Assembly (NCBI GenBank): GCA_046757665.1
Contig: JBHHYO010000053.1
Coordinates: 1-18,928 of the forward strand
Source of the DNA: Nitrospinales bacterium
GTDB taxonomy: Bacteria; Nitrospinota; Nitrospinia; Nitrospinales; JAJDAT01
Reading direction: 5' to 3'
Length of the DNA stretch: 18,928 bases
Numbering within the stretch: the first letter of the stretch is position 1; every line of letters starts with the position of its first letter. Of the stretch, positions 1 through 8,477 are shown piece by piece. Under the pieces are notes generated by a model. It worked only from the letters and a program-made list of their open reading frames with translations, did no database searches and was not told where the DNA came from. The translations under genes were made by a program, and so were the position numbers.

Positions 1-56
1 CCGGATTCGTCGAGCGCGTCAAAAACAATATCGTGCTGATCGAGGCGGGGGATTAA
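1..56 (+). CDS. 3' end of a CDS truncated by the window edge, product unknown
   Basis: Frame starting at base 3 reads GFVERVKNNIVLIEAGD-stop (TAA 54-56) with GC-rich codons like those of the neighbouring genes. It is too short to identify. Confidence 0.5.
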   Translation, partial: GFVERVKNNIVLIEAGD

Positions 57-192
57 CCTGGAATCCCCGGACTTCCGGTAGGCGCCCGACACCTCCCCCC
101 CCCTGTCCTTTCAACCCGCCGGAACAAAAGGGCTATTGCAACCGCATACCTGCACCTGGCGGTTGATGGTTGGCGGTTTTATTTTATTGGAC

Positions 193-221
193 TTGATGTG
201 AGGACAAAAATGTCCTATCAT
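193..221 (+). promoter_or_regulatory. sigma70 promoter of hicAB with an overlapping palindromic operator
   Basis: TTGATG (193-198), 17-nt spacer, TATCAT (216-221). The perfect inverted repeat AGGACA-aaaa-TGTCCT (201-216) lies in the spacer, the usual position of a TA autorepression operator. Confidence 0.7.
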
Positions 222-228
222 TGGAACG

Positions 229-420
229 ATGAAAGGTCGGCAGTTCATCAGGCTTCTCAGGAAACGCGGCGTCGAAGTGGCCCCGAAAAGGGGCAAGGGA
301 GGCCATCAGCTTGTCGCGTACAAGGGCCGTCAGGCGATCGTTCCGATGCATGGCGACCAGGACCTTTCGCCCGTGTTTATAAAAAAGGTTTACAAGCAGT
401 TGGGGCTTGACCCGCAATAA
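229..420 (+). CDS. hicA: HicA family toxin (mRNA interferase)
   Basis: 63 aa basic protein with the HicA pattern (LLRKRG...RGKGGH...IVPMH...FIKKVYKQLGL), including the catalytic His of the G-x-H motif. It lies directly upstream of a HicB-like gene. Confidence 0.9.
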   Translation: MKGRQFIRLLRKRGVEVAPKRGKGGHQLVAYKGRQAIVPMHGDQDLSPVFIKKVYKQLGLDPQ

Positions 421-445
421 ACAAGTTCGCAAGGAGGAAATCACC

Positions 446-877
446 GTGATCCTGGCATACCCCGTCACCCTGGAGCCCGATGGAGAAGGTGGCGTGATCG
501 CCGGCTTCGCCGATGTCCCGGAGGCCATGACCGTGGGCAGGGACGAAGCGAACGCCCTGGACTGGGCCGCGGACGCCCTGGTCGTTGCGCTTTCCGGCTA
601 CCTGGACTCGCGCAGGGATATTCCCAAGCCGTCGAAACCGAAGCGCGGACAGCCTGTCGTTCAACTGCCGATGCTCGTTTCCCTCAAATTGATGATCTAC
701 CAGGCCATGTGCGATAAAAACGTCACCCAGGCGGAGCTTGCCGAGAAACTGAATTGCGACGCCCGGCAGGTCCGCCGCTTGCTCGACCTCGACCATCAAT
801 CCAGGATGGACCAGATTGAAGCGGCCTTGCGCCTCCTCGGCAAAAAAGCCGTCATCGATTTCAGTGACGCGGCCTGA
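446..877 (+). CDS. hicB: HicB family antitoxin with C-terminal HTH
   Basis: N-terminal YPVTLEPD...FADVPEAMTVG...EANALDWAADAL HicB domain plus an HTH (VTQAELAEKLNCDARQVRRLLDL). Start placed at GTG 446, downstream of AAGGAGG (431-437), rather than at 407. Confidence 0.9.
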   Translation: MILAYPVTLEPDGEGGVIAGFADVPEAMTVGRDEANALDWAADALVVALSGYLDSRRDIPKPSKPKRGQPVVQLPMLVSLKLMIYQAMCDKNVTQAELAEKLNCDARQVRRLLDLDHQSRMDQIEAALRLLGKKAVIDFSDAA

Positions 878-953
878 ACCGAAAAAGGATCAAGTCTCCA
901 ACCCCAAGTAATCGCCTGGGCGCTTAAAACAACATCGCTCGCTCAAGGGCCAC

Positions 954-986
954 AAAAAATGGGTTACGGCGAAAACCGTAACCCAT
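954..986 (-). terminator. Rho-independent terminator downstream of tRNA-Pro
   Basis: 11-bp perfect stem ATGGGTTACGG/CCGTAACCCAT (959-969/976-986). The A-run at 954-959 reads as a U tract on the minus strand. It lies 9 nt past the tRNA CCA. Confidence 0.8.
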
Positions 987-995
987 CGCAAAAGC

Positions 996-1072
<77 letters not shown>

Positions 1073-1121
1073 ACATTAATTTTTCACAAATCAGACGATA
1101 TTATTTTTCCGCTGTTTTTGC

Positions 1122-1150
1122 ATTGTAGTCAAATTAGGATCGGAAGCCAA
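1122..1150 (-). promoter_or_regulatory. Putative sigma70 promoter for tRNA-Pro
   Basis: On the minus strand: TTGGCT, 17 nt, TACAAT, about 50 nt upstream of the tRNA 5' end and overlapping the end of manC. Confidence 0.4.
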
Positions 1151-2546
1151 CATCTTTCTGGTCTTCCTCTAACTCTTCGCCGGCCCGGATTTCGAGGACG
1201 GTCAGGGGGGTATCGCCGGGGTTGGCCAGTTGATGCCCGGTTCCCCGCGGGATAAAGAGGGATTGGTTTTTGTCGAGGGATGTCGTTTTGCCGTCCTTGT
1301 GCACCTCGGCCCGGCCCGCGGTGACGACCCAGGTTTTGTCCCGGCTTGAGTGCGTTTTTCCGTCGAGCTTTTCGCCGGGGAGGACTTCCAGTTTGCCGAC
1401 AATGTGCGCCGGACTTTTTTCCAGCACCGTGTAGCGGCCCCAGGGTTCGTGCGTTGTCGCATGAACCGTGGCCTCGGGCCGTTGGCCGGCCTTGATTTTT
1501 TCGACGATTTTTTTTACGTCCTGGGCGCGCGCCTTGTCGCAAATCAGCAGGGCGTCGGCGGTGTCGACGACGATGAGGTTTCTGGCTCCGACGGCGGCGA
1601 TGAGGCGTTGTTCTCCCTGGATGATCGAACCGGAGCAGTCCAGGGCGATCACGTTTGGGGTGAGCAGGTTGCCGTCCCGGTCCGTTGGGCTGATTTCCTC
1701 GAGGGCGGACCAGGAGCCGACGTCGCTCCACGGCATCCGCGTGGGCACGACGGCGACGTTGTCGGACTTTTCCAGGATGCCGTAATCGACCGAGATGGGG
1801 TGCAGGGCCTGATAAATTTTCCGGCCCTGCGCGTCGAGTGTTCGGTAGGGATATTTCCCGGAGCCGGTTTGGGTGTGGGCGGCGATGACAGCGATCTCTT
1901 TATGCAATTCCGGCATGAGGGTTTGCATTGCCTCGAGCAGGGTGGAGACCTTCCACAAAAACACGCCGCAATTCCAGAAATAATCGCCGTCGTCGATAAA
2001 TTTCTGCGCGGTGGGCGCGTCGGGTTTTTCGACGAACCGTTGCACCTCGAAAGAGCCGTCGTGCCGCGCGGCGCCCTTTTTAATGTATCCGTAACCCGTT
2101 TCGGGCCGCGTGGGCCGGATGGCCAGGGTGACGAGGCGTCCCTTCGCGGCGACGGTTTCCGCGGTTTGCAAGACGCGGCGAAAGGCAACGGGGTCTTTTA
2201 CGACATGATCCGCCGGGAAGACGGCCATGACCTCCTCCGCATGGGTCGCGGCCAGAACTCCGGCGGCGAATCCCAATGCCGGCGCGGTGTTTTTTGCCAG
2301 GGGTTCCGCCAGCAGGTTGGCGGGGTCGAATCCGTACGCCGCCAGTTGCCGGCAAGTTTCGACCGCATGTTGTTCGTTGGTGACCGCGAAAATGTTGTCG
2401 ATGGGGATCAGCGGTAAAACCCGTTCCACCGTATCCTGGATCATACTGCGGGAGCCGCTGATGCGGAGGAACTGTTTCGGATAACGTTCCCGGCTCCTGG
2501 GCCAGAAACGGGTTCCGCTTCCCCCGGATAAAATGACGCCGATCAT
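1134..2546 (-). CDS. manC: Mannose-1-phosphate guanylyltransferase with C-terminal PMI-type cupin domain
   Basis: VILSGGSGTRFWPRSR...PKQF, EPLAKNTAPA, FPADH, PETGYGYI, FVEKPD, ISVDYGILEK, WSDVGSW, and a C-terminal PWGRY...cupin region. Confidence 0.93.
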   Translation of the reverse strand: MIGVILSGGSGTRFWPRSRERYPKQFLRISGSRSMIQDTVERVLPLIPIDNIFAVTNEQHAVETCRQLAAYGFDPANLLAEPLAKNTAPALGFAAGVLAATHAEEVMAVFPADHVVKDPVAFRRVLQTAETVAAKGRLVTLAIRPTRPETGYGYIKKGAARHDGSFEVQRFVEKPDAPTAQKFIDDGDYFWNCGVFLWKVSTLLEAMQTLMPELHKEIAVIAAHTQTGSGKYPYRTLDAQGRKIYQALHPISVDYGILEKSDNVAVVPTRMPWSDVGSWSALEEISPTDRDGNLLTPNVIALDCSGSIIQGEQRLIAAVGARNLIVVDTADALLICDKARAQDVKKIVEKIKAGQRPEATVHATTHEPWGRYTVLEKSPAHIVGKLEVLPGEKLDGKTHSSRDKTWVVTAGRAEVHKDGKTTSLDKNQSLFIPRGTGHQLANPGDTPLTVLEIRAGEELEEDQKDVGFRS

Positions 2547-2780
2547 GCGTGACTTTCCTTGATAAAGGTTTTTTGCAAAAAAACGTTCGGGCGGTGGGCG
2601 CCGAGGCGGTATTGTAGCACGATGGGCGCAAAATGGCTTCGGTCGCAGGTGCGGGCCGCCGCGGAAGGGAATAGATAGCTTATTGATTTCATATATGATA
2701 TTTTGAAAGACCCGGTCAAAATATCCTTATCCGCGGGCGGCGGAAGGATCGCCTGCCCCAAATTATCAGAGAATAATCCC

Positions 2781-3503
2781 ATGGAAAAGGCGCTTATTTA
2801 CCCATTTTTGGGTTTCATATTTTTGATCACCATGGTCGGCGGCTGGATTCCCACGATGACCAAATGGTCCGCGGACACCTTTCGCATGGTCATCAGTTTT
2901 TGCGCGGGAATTTTGCTGGGCGCGGTGTTTTTCCATATGTTGCCGGGGATTTCCCAGGTGCTGGGAAATTATCTGGGGCTTCCGATTATGGTTGGGTTCC
3001 TGCTGATACTGGTGATGGAAAAATTCGTCATGGTCCATCCCTGCGAGGAGGGGGAGTGCAATTACCATAAAATCGGCCTGGCCGCTTATTTGGGCATCGG
3101 TTTTCACAGCCTGCTGGACGGCGTGGCGATCGGCGCGGGAGCCATGATGGATTTGAGTTTCGTGATTCTTCTGGCCGTAACCGTGCACAAATTCCCCGCC
3201 GCTTTGGCGTTGAGCAGTATTCTGATGAAGGGCGGGGAGTATACGCGGCAAAAGATCGTTGTATCCATGTTCCTGTTTGCCTTGACCACACCGGTGGGAG
3301 CATTGCTGTCCCTTTCTTTTCTGAATAAGGTGGATCCTTATTTCATCGGTGTTGCCATTGGGGTGTCCTCGGGCACGTTTCTTTATATCGCCATCGGCGA
3401 TCTTCTCCCCACCGTGCATCAGGAAAGTGAAAAGAAATATCAAAACCTGGCTTGTCTCTGTCTCGGAATTTTCGCGATGTTCCTGTCCATGAACGTTGCT
3501 TGA
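2781..3503 (+). CDS. ZIP (Zrt/Irt-like) family divalent metal transporter
   Basis: Multiple hydrophobic segments with ZIP motifs AGILLGAVFFHMLP, FHSLLDGVAIG, VHKFPAALAL, TTPVGA and SSGTFLYIAIGDLLP. Start placed at ATG 2781 rather than TTG 2703. Confidence 0.88.
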   Translation: MEKALIYPFLGFIFLITMVGGWIPTMTKWSADTFRMVISFCAGILLGAVFFHMLPGISQVLGNYLGLPIMVGFLLILVMEKFVMVHPCEEGECNYHKIGLAAYLGIGFHSLLDGVAIGAGAMMDLSFVILLAVTVHKFPAALALSSILMKGGEYTRQKIVVSMFLFALTTPVGALLSLSFLNKVDPYFIGVAIGVSSGTFLYIAIGDLLPTVHQESEKKYQNLACLCLGIFAMFLSMNVA

Positions 3504-3533
3504 TCGGCGGCGGGGATTGTAGCTTGTTGCGCC

Positions 3534-5282
3534 ATGTTTGTTAATCGCCTCAAAACCTTTTTGCCTTTTCTGGCCGCCTATCGGCGGGAGATTCTCATTG
3601 GTTGCGCGGCGTTATTGCTGTGCGATATCGCGGGCCTGGCGATCCCCTGGCTGTTGAAAACCGTTATTGACCTCTTGCCCGAAAAACCGCAAAGCCGCGA
3701 ACTGATCCAGTATGGCGGGTTGCTGTTTTTGGCGGCGGCGCTTCAGGGCCTGTTCCGCTACGGATGGCGAAAGAAACTGTTCGGCCCTTCGCGCAAGGTT
3801 GAATTTGATATTCTGAACCGCCTGTTCGATCATTTTCTCACCTTGGACCGCGCGTTCTACCAAAATCAAAAAATCGGCGATCTCATGTCGCGCGCCACCA
3901 ACGATTTGCGGGCGATCAGGGATTTCATGGGTCTGGGGTTTTTAATCCTCATGGATGCCGTGGTGGTGATTGCCTGTTGTTTGGCTCTGATGATATACAT
4001 CAATCCCACGCTGACTCTTTACGCTTTGTTGCCTCTGCCCCTGGTCACGGTTCTTTTTTACAAGTTTTTCGGCTCGGTGGTTGTCCAGCACAGAATCGTC
4101 CAGGAACATCTTGCGAAGATTACTTCCATGGTTCAGGAGAACCTTGCGGGCATCCGGGTTTTACATGCCTATGTGCAGGAGGATCACGAGAAGCGAAAAT
4201 TCGACCAGTTGAGCCGTGAATATCTGGAAAAGAACATGCGCTTGACGAAGATATTCGGGTTGTTCACGCCGTCGATGGTTTTTGTGGTGGGGGTGGCCGC
4301 CATGATTGCCCTTTGGATTGGCGGCAAGGCGGTCATTGCCGGCGAAATGACGCTGGGTTCGTTTGTTGCGTTCAACGGTTATTTGATGATGTTGTCGTGG
4401 CCGATGATGGGCATTGGATATGTCTTCAATCTGTCGCAAAAAGGTTCGAGCGCCATGGGAAGGTTGCAGGAAATCTTTTCCGCCCAATCCCGCATCGCCG
4501 ACTGTCGGACCGGAAAAAGCGAAATTCAAGGTGAGATCGAATTCCGCGGCGTGCAATTCACTTATCCCGGGAAAAGCGACTTTGGTTTGCGTGACATCAA
4601 TTTGAAAGTGGAGCGGGGCAGTAGCGTCGCCCTGCTGGGAATGATCGGCTCCGGAAAAACCACTTTGGCGCAACTGGTCGCCCGTATGTTCGATCCGAGC
4701 GCGGGGGAACTGCTTGTTGACGGCCTGCCGATTCAGGACATTCCCTTGTCCGTTCTGCGCCGCAACATCGCCTATGTGGATCAGGAACCTTACCTGTTTT
4801 CCACGACGATCAAAAACAATATCGCCTTTGGCGCCGACGAAACCGGGGACGAGAAAATCGACGAGGCGGTCCGTCTCGCCGGTCTCGCGCCGGATTTGTC
4901 CCACTTCCCGCAGGGCCTGGAAACCCTGGTGGGTGAAAGAGGCATCTCCCTGTCCGGCGGGCAAAAACAGAGGATCGCCCTGGCCCGGGCCTTGATTCGC
5001 AAACCGAAAATCCTGATTCTCGACGACGCCTTTTCCAGCCTCGACGTTGAAACCGAGGAAAAAATCCTCAAGAACATCCGTGATTACCTCAAGGGGGTCA
5101 CCGCGATCATCGTAACCCATCGCTTGTCCACGATTCGCAATACCGACCGGATTGTCGTAATGGACAACGGACGCATTGTGGAAACCGGGAGCCATTCGGA
5201 GTTGGTGCGCGGCGGCGCGTATTATTCGCAGGTATTCAAAAATCAGATGCTGGCCCGGGAAATGGAGATACTGATGAAATGA
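3534..5282 (+). CDS. ABC exporter, fused permease/ATPase, subunit 1 (MdlA/YheI-like)
   Basis: N-terminal TM domain; Walker A GMIGSGKT, signature LSGGQKQR, Walker B ILILDD, H-loop VTHR. Confidence 0.92.
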   Translation: MFVNRLKTFLPFLAAYRREILIGCAALLLCDIAGLAIPWLLKTVIDLLPEKPQSRELIQYGGLLFLAAALQGLFRYGWRKKLFGPSRKVEFDILNRLFDHFLTLDRAFYQNQKIGDLMSRATNDLRAIRDFMGLGFLILMDAVVVIACCLALMIYINPTLTLYALLPLPLVTVLFYKFFGSVVVQHRIVQEHLAKITSMVQENLAGIRVLHAYVQEDHEKRKFDQLSREYLEKNMRLTKIFGLFTPSMVFVVGVAAMIALWIGGKAVIAGEMTLGSFVAFNGYLMMLSWPMMGIGYVFNLSQKGSSAMGRLQEIFSAQSRIADCRTGKSEIQGEIEFRGVQFTYPGKSDFGLRDINLKVERGSSVALLGMIGSGKTTLAQLVARMFDPSAGELLVDGLPIQDIPLSVLRRNIAYVDQEPYLFSTTIKNNIAFGADETGDEKIDEAVRLAGLAPDLSHFPQGLETLVGERGISLSGGQKQRIALARALIRKPKILILDDAFSSLDVETEEKILKNIRDYLKGVTAIIVTHRLSTIRNTDRIVVMDNGRIVETGSHSELVRGGAYYSQVFKNQMLAREMEILMK

Positions 5283-7078
5283 CGGACATGGCCGCGGAAA
5301 ATATGCAGGACCGGTATTACGATTGGCCTCTGTTCAAGAGAATCCTTGCGTATCTCAAACCGTATCGTCTTCTCGTGGTTCTGGCTATCGTGCTGTTGTT
5401 TTGCGTTTCGTTGTTGCAACTTGCCGGGCCTTACCTGACCAAGATCGCCATCGACGACTACATCAAGGTTTTCAATTATGCGGGGCTGGACCGGATTGCG
5501 CTGATTTTTCTGGCGCTCCTGCTGGCGACGTTTGTGTTGCAATTCTGCCAGATACTGATGATGCAATATATCGGGCAAAAGGTCATGTACGATATGCGGA
5601 CGCAAGTTTTTTCGCACCTGCACAAGATGTCCTTCAGGTTTTTCGACAACAGTCCGATCGGCAAAATGATCACCCGGGTGGTCAACGACGTGGAAGTTCT
5701 CAACGAGATGCTCACCTCGGGGCTGATTTTGGTTTTCAATGATCTGTTCACCCTGGCGGGTATTTTTCTCATGTTGTTTTATCTGGACTGGCGGCTGGCA
5801 TTGGTCGTTTGCCTGGTTTTCCCGTTTCTGTTGATGGCCACCCAGGCTTACCGGACGCGGGCGAGGGACGCTTTTCGGAAAAACCGGGCGCATATTTCCA
5901 GCCTCAATTCCTTCCTCCAGGAAAACCTTTCCGGAATGTATACGGTGCAGTTGTTCAATCGGGAGAAAGCCCATAGCCGGCGTTTCCGCAAAATTAATGG
6001 AGACAAGCTCAAGGAAGACCTTCGGTCGTTGCATTACAACGCCATCTATCAGCCGTCCATTGACGTGTTCAGCGCCCTGGGCATTGGGTTGGTGATCTGG
6101 TACGGCGGCGGCAGGTTTGTTCAGGAAGAAATCCAGTTGGGAGTTCTGGTGGCCTTCCTGCAATATCTACAGAAATTTTTCGACCCCATCCGCGACCTGG
6201 CGGAAAAATTTAATATCATCCAATCCGCCATGGTCTCGTCCGAACGGATTTTCGAGACGCTCGACACGCCGGAAGACCTTGCCAATTCCTCGCGTCCGGT
6301 TCCGGTTGAAAAAATCGACGGCAGGGTGGAATTCAGGAATGTCTGGTTCGCCTACAAGGACGATGACTACGTTTTGAAAGATATTTCCTTTACGGTGGAA
6401 GCGGGGGAGAGCCTGGCCATCGTCGGTGCGACAGGTTCCGGAAAAACGACGATCATCAATACCCTCTGCCGGTTTTACGACCTGAACAAGGGGGAAATCC
6501 TGATTGATGACGCCCCCATTCAATCCCTGGACAAGTACGGCTTGCGGCGGCAAATCGCCCTCGTTCAGCAGGATGTCTTTCTATTTTCCGGAAATATTCA
6601 AGACAACATTCGTCTGGGGAATGCAGATATCGGTTTGAAGGAAATCGAGACGGTTTCGCGGTCCGTTCATTTGCACAATTTCATCAGCCGCCTGCCGGGG
6701 CAATACGATCAGGAGATTCGGGAGAAAGGCAATTTCCTGTCGATGGGTCAAAGGCAGTTGCTTTCATTTGCCAGGGCTCTGGCTTTTGATCCCCGCATAT
6801 TGATCCTTGACGAAGCCACTTCCAGCGTGGATACCGAAACCGAGCGGCTTGTCCAGGAAGCGATGAAAACACTCATCAAAGGGAGAACATCCATTATCAT
6901 CGCTCACCGCCTGTCCACCCTCAAAAATGCCGACAAGGTTTTGGTGTTGAAAGATGGTAAGGTCTGCGAATTTGGCCCGCAAAGGGATCTCTTGAAAAAG
7001 AAGGGAATCTATTTCAATCTAATGAATTTGCAGGCCGGAAATGAGGTGAGCCCGGAATTGCAAAAAAAAGAACCGTAA
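5279..7078 (+). CDS. ABC exporter, fused permease/ATPase, subunit 2 (MdlB/YheH-like)
   Basis: ATGA overlap with the previous gene; Walker A GATGSGKT, signature LSMGQRQL, Walker B ILILDEATSSVD, H-loop IAHRLST. Confidence 0.92.
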   Translation: MTDMAAENMQDRYYDWPLFKRILAYLKPYRLLVVLAIVLLFCVSLLQLAGPYLTKIAIDDYIKVFNYAGLDRIALIFLALLLATFVLQFCQILMMQYIGQKVMYDMRTQVFSHLHKMSFRFFDNSPIGKMITRVVNDVEVLNEMLTSGLILVFNDLFTLAGIFLMLFYLDWRLALVVCLVFPFLLMATQAYRTRARDAFRKNRAHISSLNSFLQENLSGMYTVQLFNREKAHSRRFRKINGDKLKEDLRSLHYNAIYQPSIDVFSALGIGLVIWYGGGRFVQEEIQLGVLVAFLQYLQKFFDPIRDLAEKFNIIQSAMVSSERIFETLDTPEDLANSSRPVPVEKIDGRVEFRNVWFAYKDDDYVLKDISFTVEAGESLAIVGATGSGKTTIINTLCRFYDLNKGEILIDDAPIQSLDKYGLRRQIALVQQDVFLFSGNIQDNIRLGNADIGLKEIETVSRSVHLHNFISRLPGQYDQEIREKGNFLSMGQRQLLSFARALAFDPRILILDEATSSVDTETERLVQEAMKTLIKGRTSIIIAHRLSTLKNADKVLVLKDGKVCEFGPQRDLLKKKGIYFNLMNLQAGNEVSPELQKKEP

Positions 7079-7117
7079 GGGTGTAAAGAAAAAAATAATC
7101 TCTCTCTTCTCCGTAAG

Positions 7118-8080
7118 CTATTGTTTCAACCAATCCGGCTTGGCCCTGACTCGCTTCAACAGTTCGCCCAGTTGAATTTGGAAGAGGCCTGCCGCCTGGT
7201 AAACGTGCGAGGGGAATTTTCGCCCGGGATAAAAAGACCTGGGAGAGTGGGTATTCCCAATGATCTGGTTCAAATAGGCCAGCTCGGCAACCAGAATCTT
7301 GGCGAGAATAAAAACATCGCCCGGAGTGATTTGGCTTTGATCTTCTTCAAGGTTTGCCTTCAATACGTGCAAGCCGGAGATTTGGGCTATTTCCTTGATC
7401 AGGTTAAAGCATTCGATGAGCCGGAAATAAACATCGCTTGGCATCTTGCCGCGTTCAAAGGGCGGGGGAGGGGGCAGTTTTGCCTTGGACACGTGAAGAT
7501 ACTTTAAAAGAAATGCGGTGTAGTCCATTGCCTGGGTGATCCGCTGGTAAACATCGCTTGGCGCAATGCGACGCTCCAGCATGAGGTTGAGCTGACGGCT
7601 GGCCTGTACGATGGAACGAAACACATCCGAAGGCGTTTTACTCGCGTCGCGTTGCGGTTTGACGCTGGTTTTATTGATATTCAATTCCTTTTTTATGATC
7701 ATCAGGCATTCCAGGGTGTCGCCTACCAACGTGAGGACATCGGTTGGGTGAATTTCCCGTGTTGGCCGGGGTGGCGGGGTCGCGCGTCTTCCGGTCAGCT
7801 CGGAGCAAAGCCGGTTCGCCTTGTCATAAAGAATCAAGGCCTGGAAATAAACCTCCCGGGGAGAAACCTCGGTGACTTGAATTTCAGGTCGTGCCAGTTT
7901 GGGTTTACCCATTTCCTGCCGGATCAGTTCAATTTCAGCCCGCACCAGCGCGACGTGATTAAAAACGTCCGGAGGTCCAAATTCGCGTGCTTCGCTTTTC
8001 TCGTTGTACATCGGAGCGGAGAATAAAACCAGTACCATCAAAAAGCAAAACTTGCTGGAATGCCGTTTTCCCGTTTTCAT
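7118..8080 (-). CDS. Hypothetical secreted helical-repeat protein (eight PxDV(Y/F) repeats)
   Basis: Long ORF with start placed at ATG 8080 behind AAGGAG. It has a basic and hydrophobic N-terminus (MKTGKRHSSKFCFLMVLVLFSAP) and internal repeats PPDVF, PREVY, PTDVL, PSDVF, PSDVY, PSDVY, PGDVF, PSHVY. Confidence 0.8.
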   Translation of the reverse strand: MKTGKRHSSKFCFLMVLVLFSAPMYNEKSEAREFGPPDVFNHVALVRAEIELIRQEMGKPKLARPEIQVTEVSPREVYFQALILYDKANRLCSELTGRRATPPPRPTREIHPTDVLTLVGDTLECLMIIKKELNINKTSVKPQRDASKTPSDVFRSIVQASRQLNLMLERRIAPSDVYQRITQAMDYTAFLLKYLHVSKAKLPPPPPFERGKMPSDVYFRLIECFNLIKEIAQISGLHVLKANLEEDQSQITPGDVFILAKILVAELAYLNQIIGNTHSPRSFYPGRKFPSHVYQAAGLFQIQLGELLKRVRAKPDWLKQ

Positions 8081-8477
8081 GACCCTGCTCCTTTTTGTCG
8101 TTGCCGGTTTCACCGAGATTGAGAAATCAGGTTTCCTGATGTAGGAAAAAAAGACCTGACGCGGCTCCAATTATACAGCGAATATTTCAGAATAAGAGGA
8201 GTTTTTCGCGTCTTCATAATCATTGAGATGAATTCGTCAGGCGAGAGGACCCTCATTTTTTTTAGAAAAAAATCCTGTTTTGAGTTAAAATTCGGGTTGC
8301 GTTGAGAGATTAAAAAGGTGCCGTTGCTCAAATCTTCTTGTGGAGCTATCTTTGGCAAACGCAGTATAACCAATCAGTTGCCGCCCCGGCCTTGCTGTCG
8401 GAGGGGGCTTGTTAACATTTAGGCTTGGATACAAAAATGATTAGAGTTTTGCCCGAAGATTTACAGGAGCACACGTT

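Noticed and set aside
111-178. Short imperfect repeats (CAACCGC/GCGGTTG, TGGCGGTT twice) upstream of hicA
   Set aside because: Too short and irregular to call a terminator, sRNA or att site.
1350-2417. 355-aa plus-strand ORF opposite manC
   Set aside because: Antisense shadow of a GC-rich gene with no recognisable motifs.
4161-6163. Long minus-strand ORFs (344 aa and 306 aa) opposite the ABC exporter genes
   Set aside because: Antisense shadows of well-supported genes.
8081-8373. Upstream extension of the repeat protein and the 87-aa ORF 8110..8373
   Set aside because: RBS and signal peptide support a start at 8080. The small ORF has no convincing RBS or motif and lies in an AT-rich divergent promoter region.
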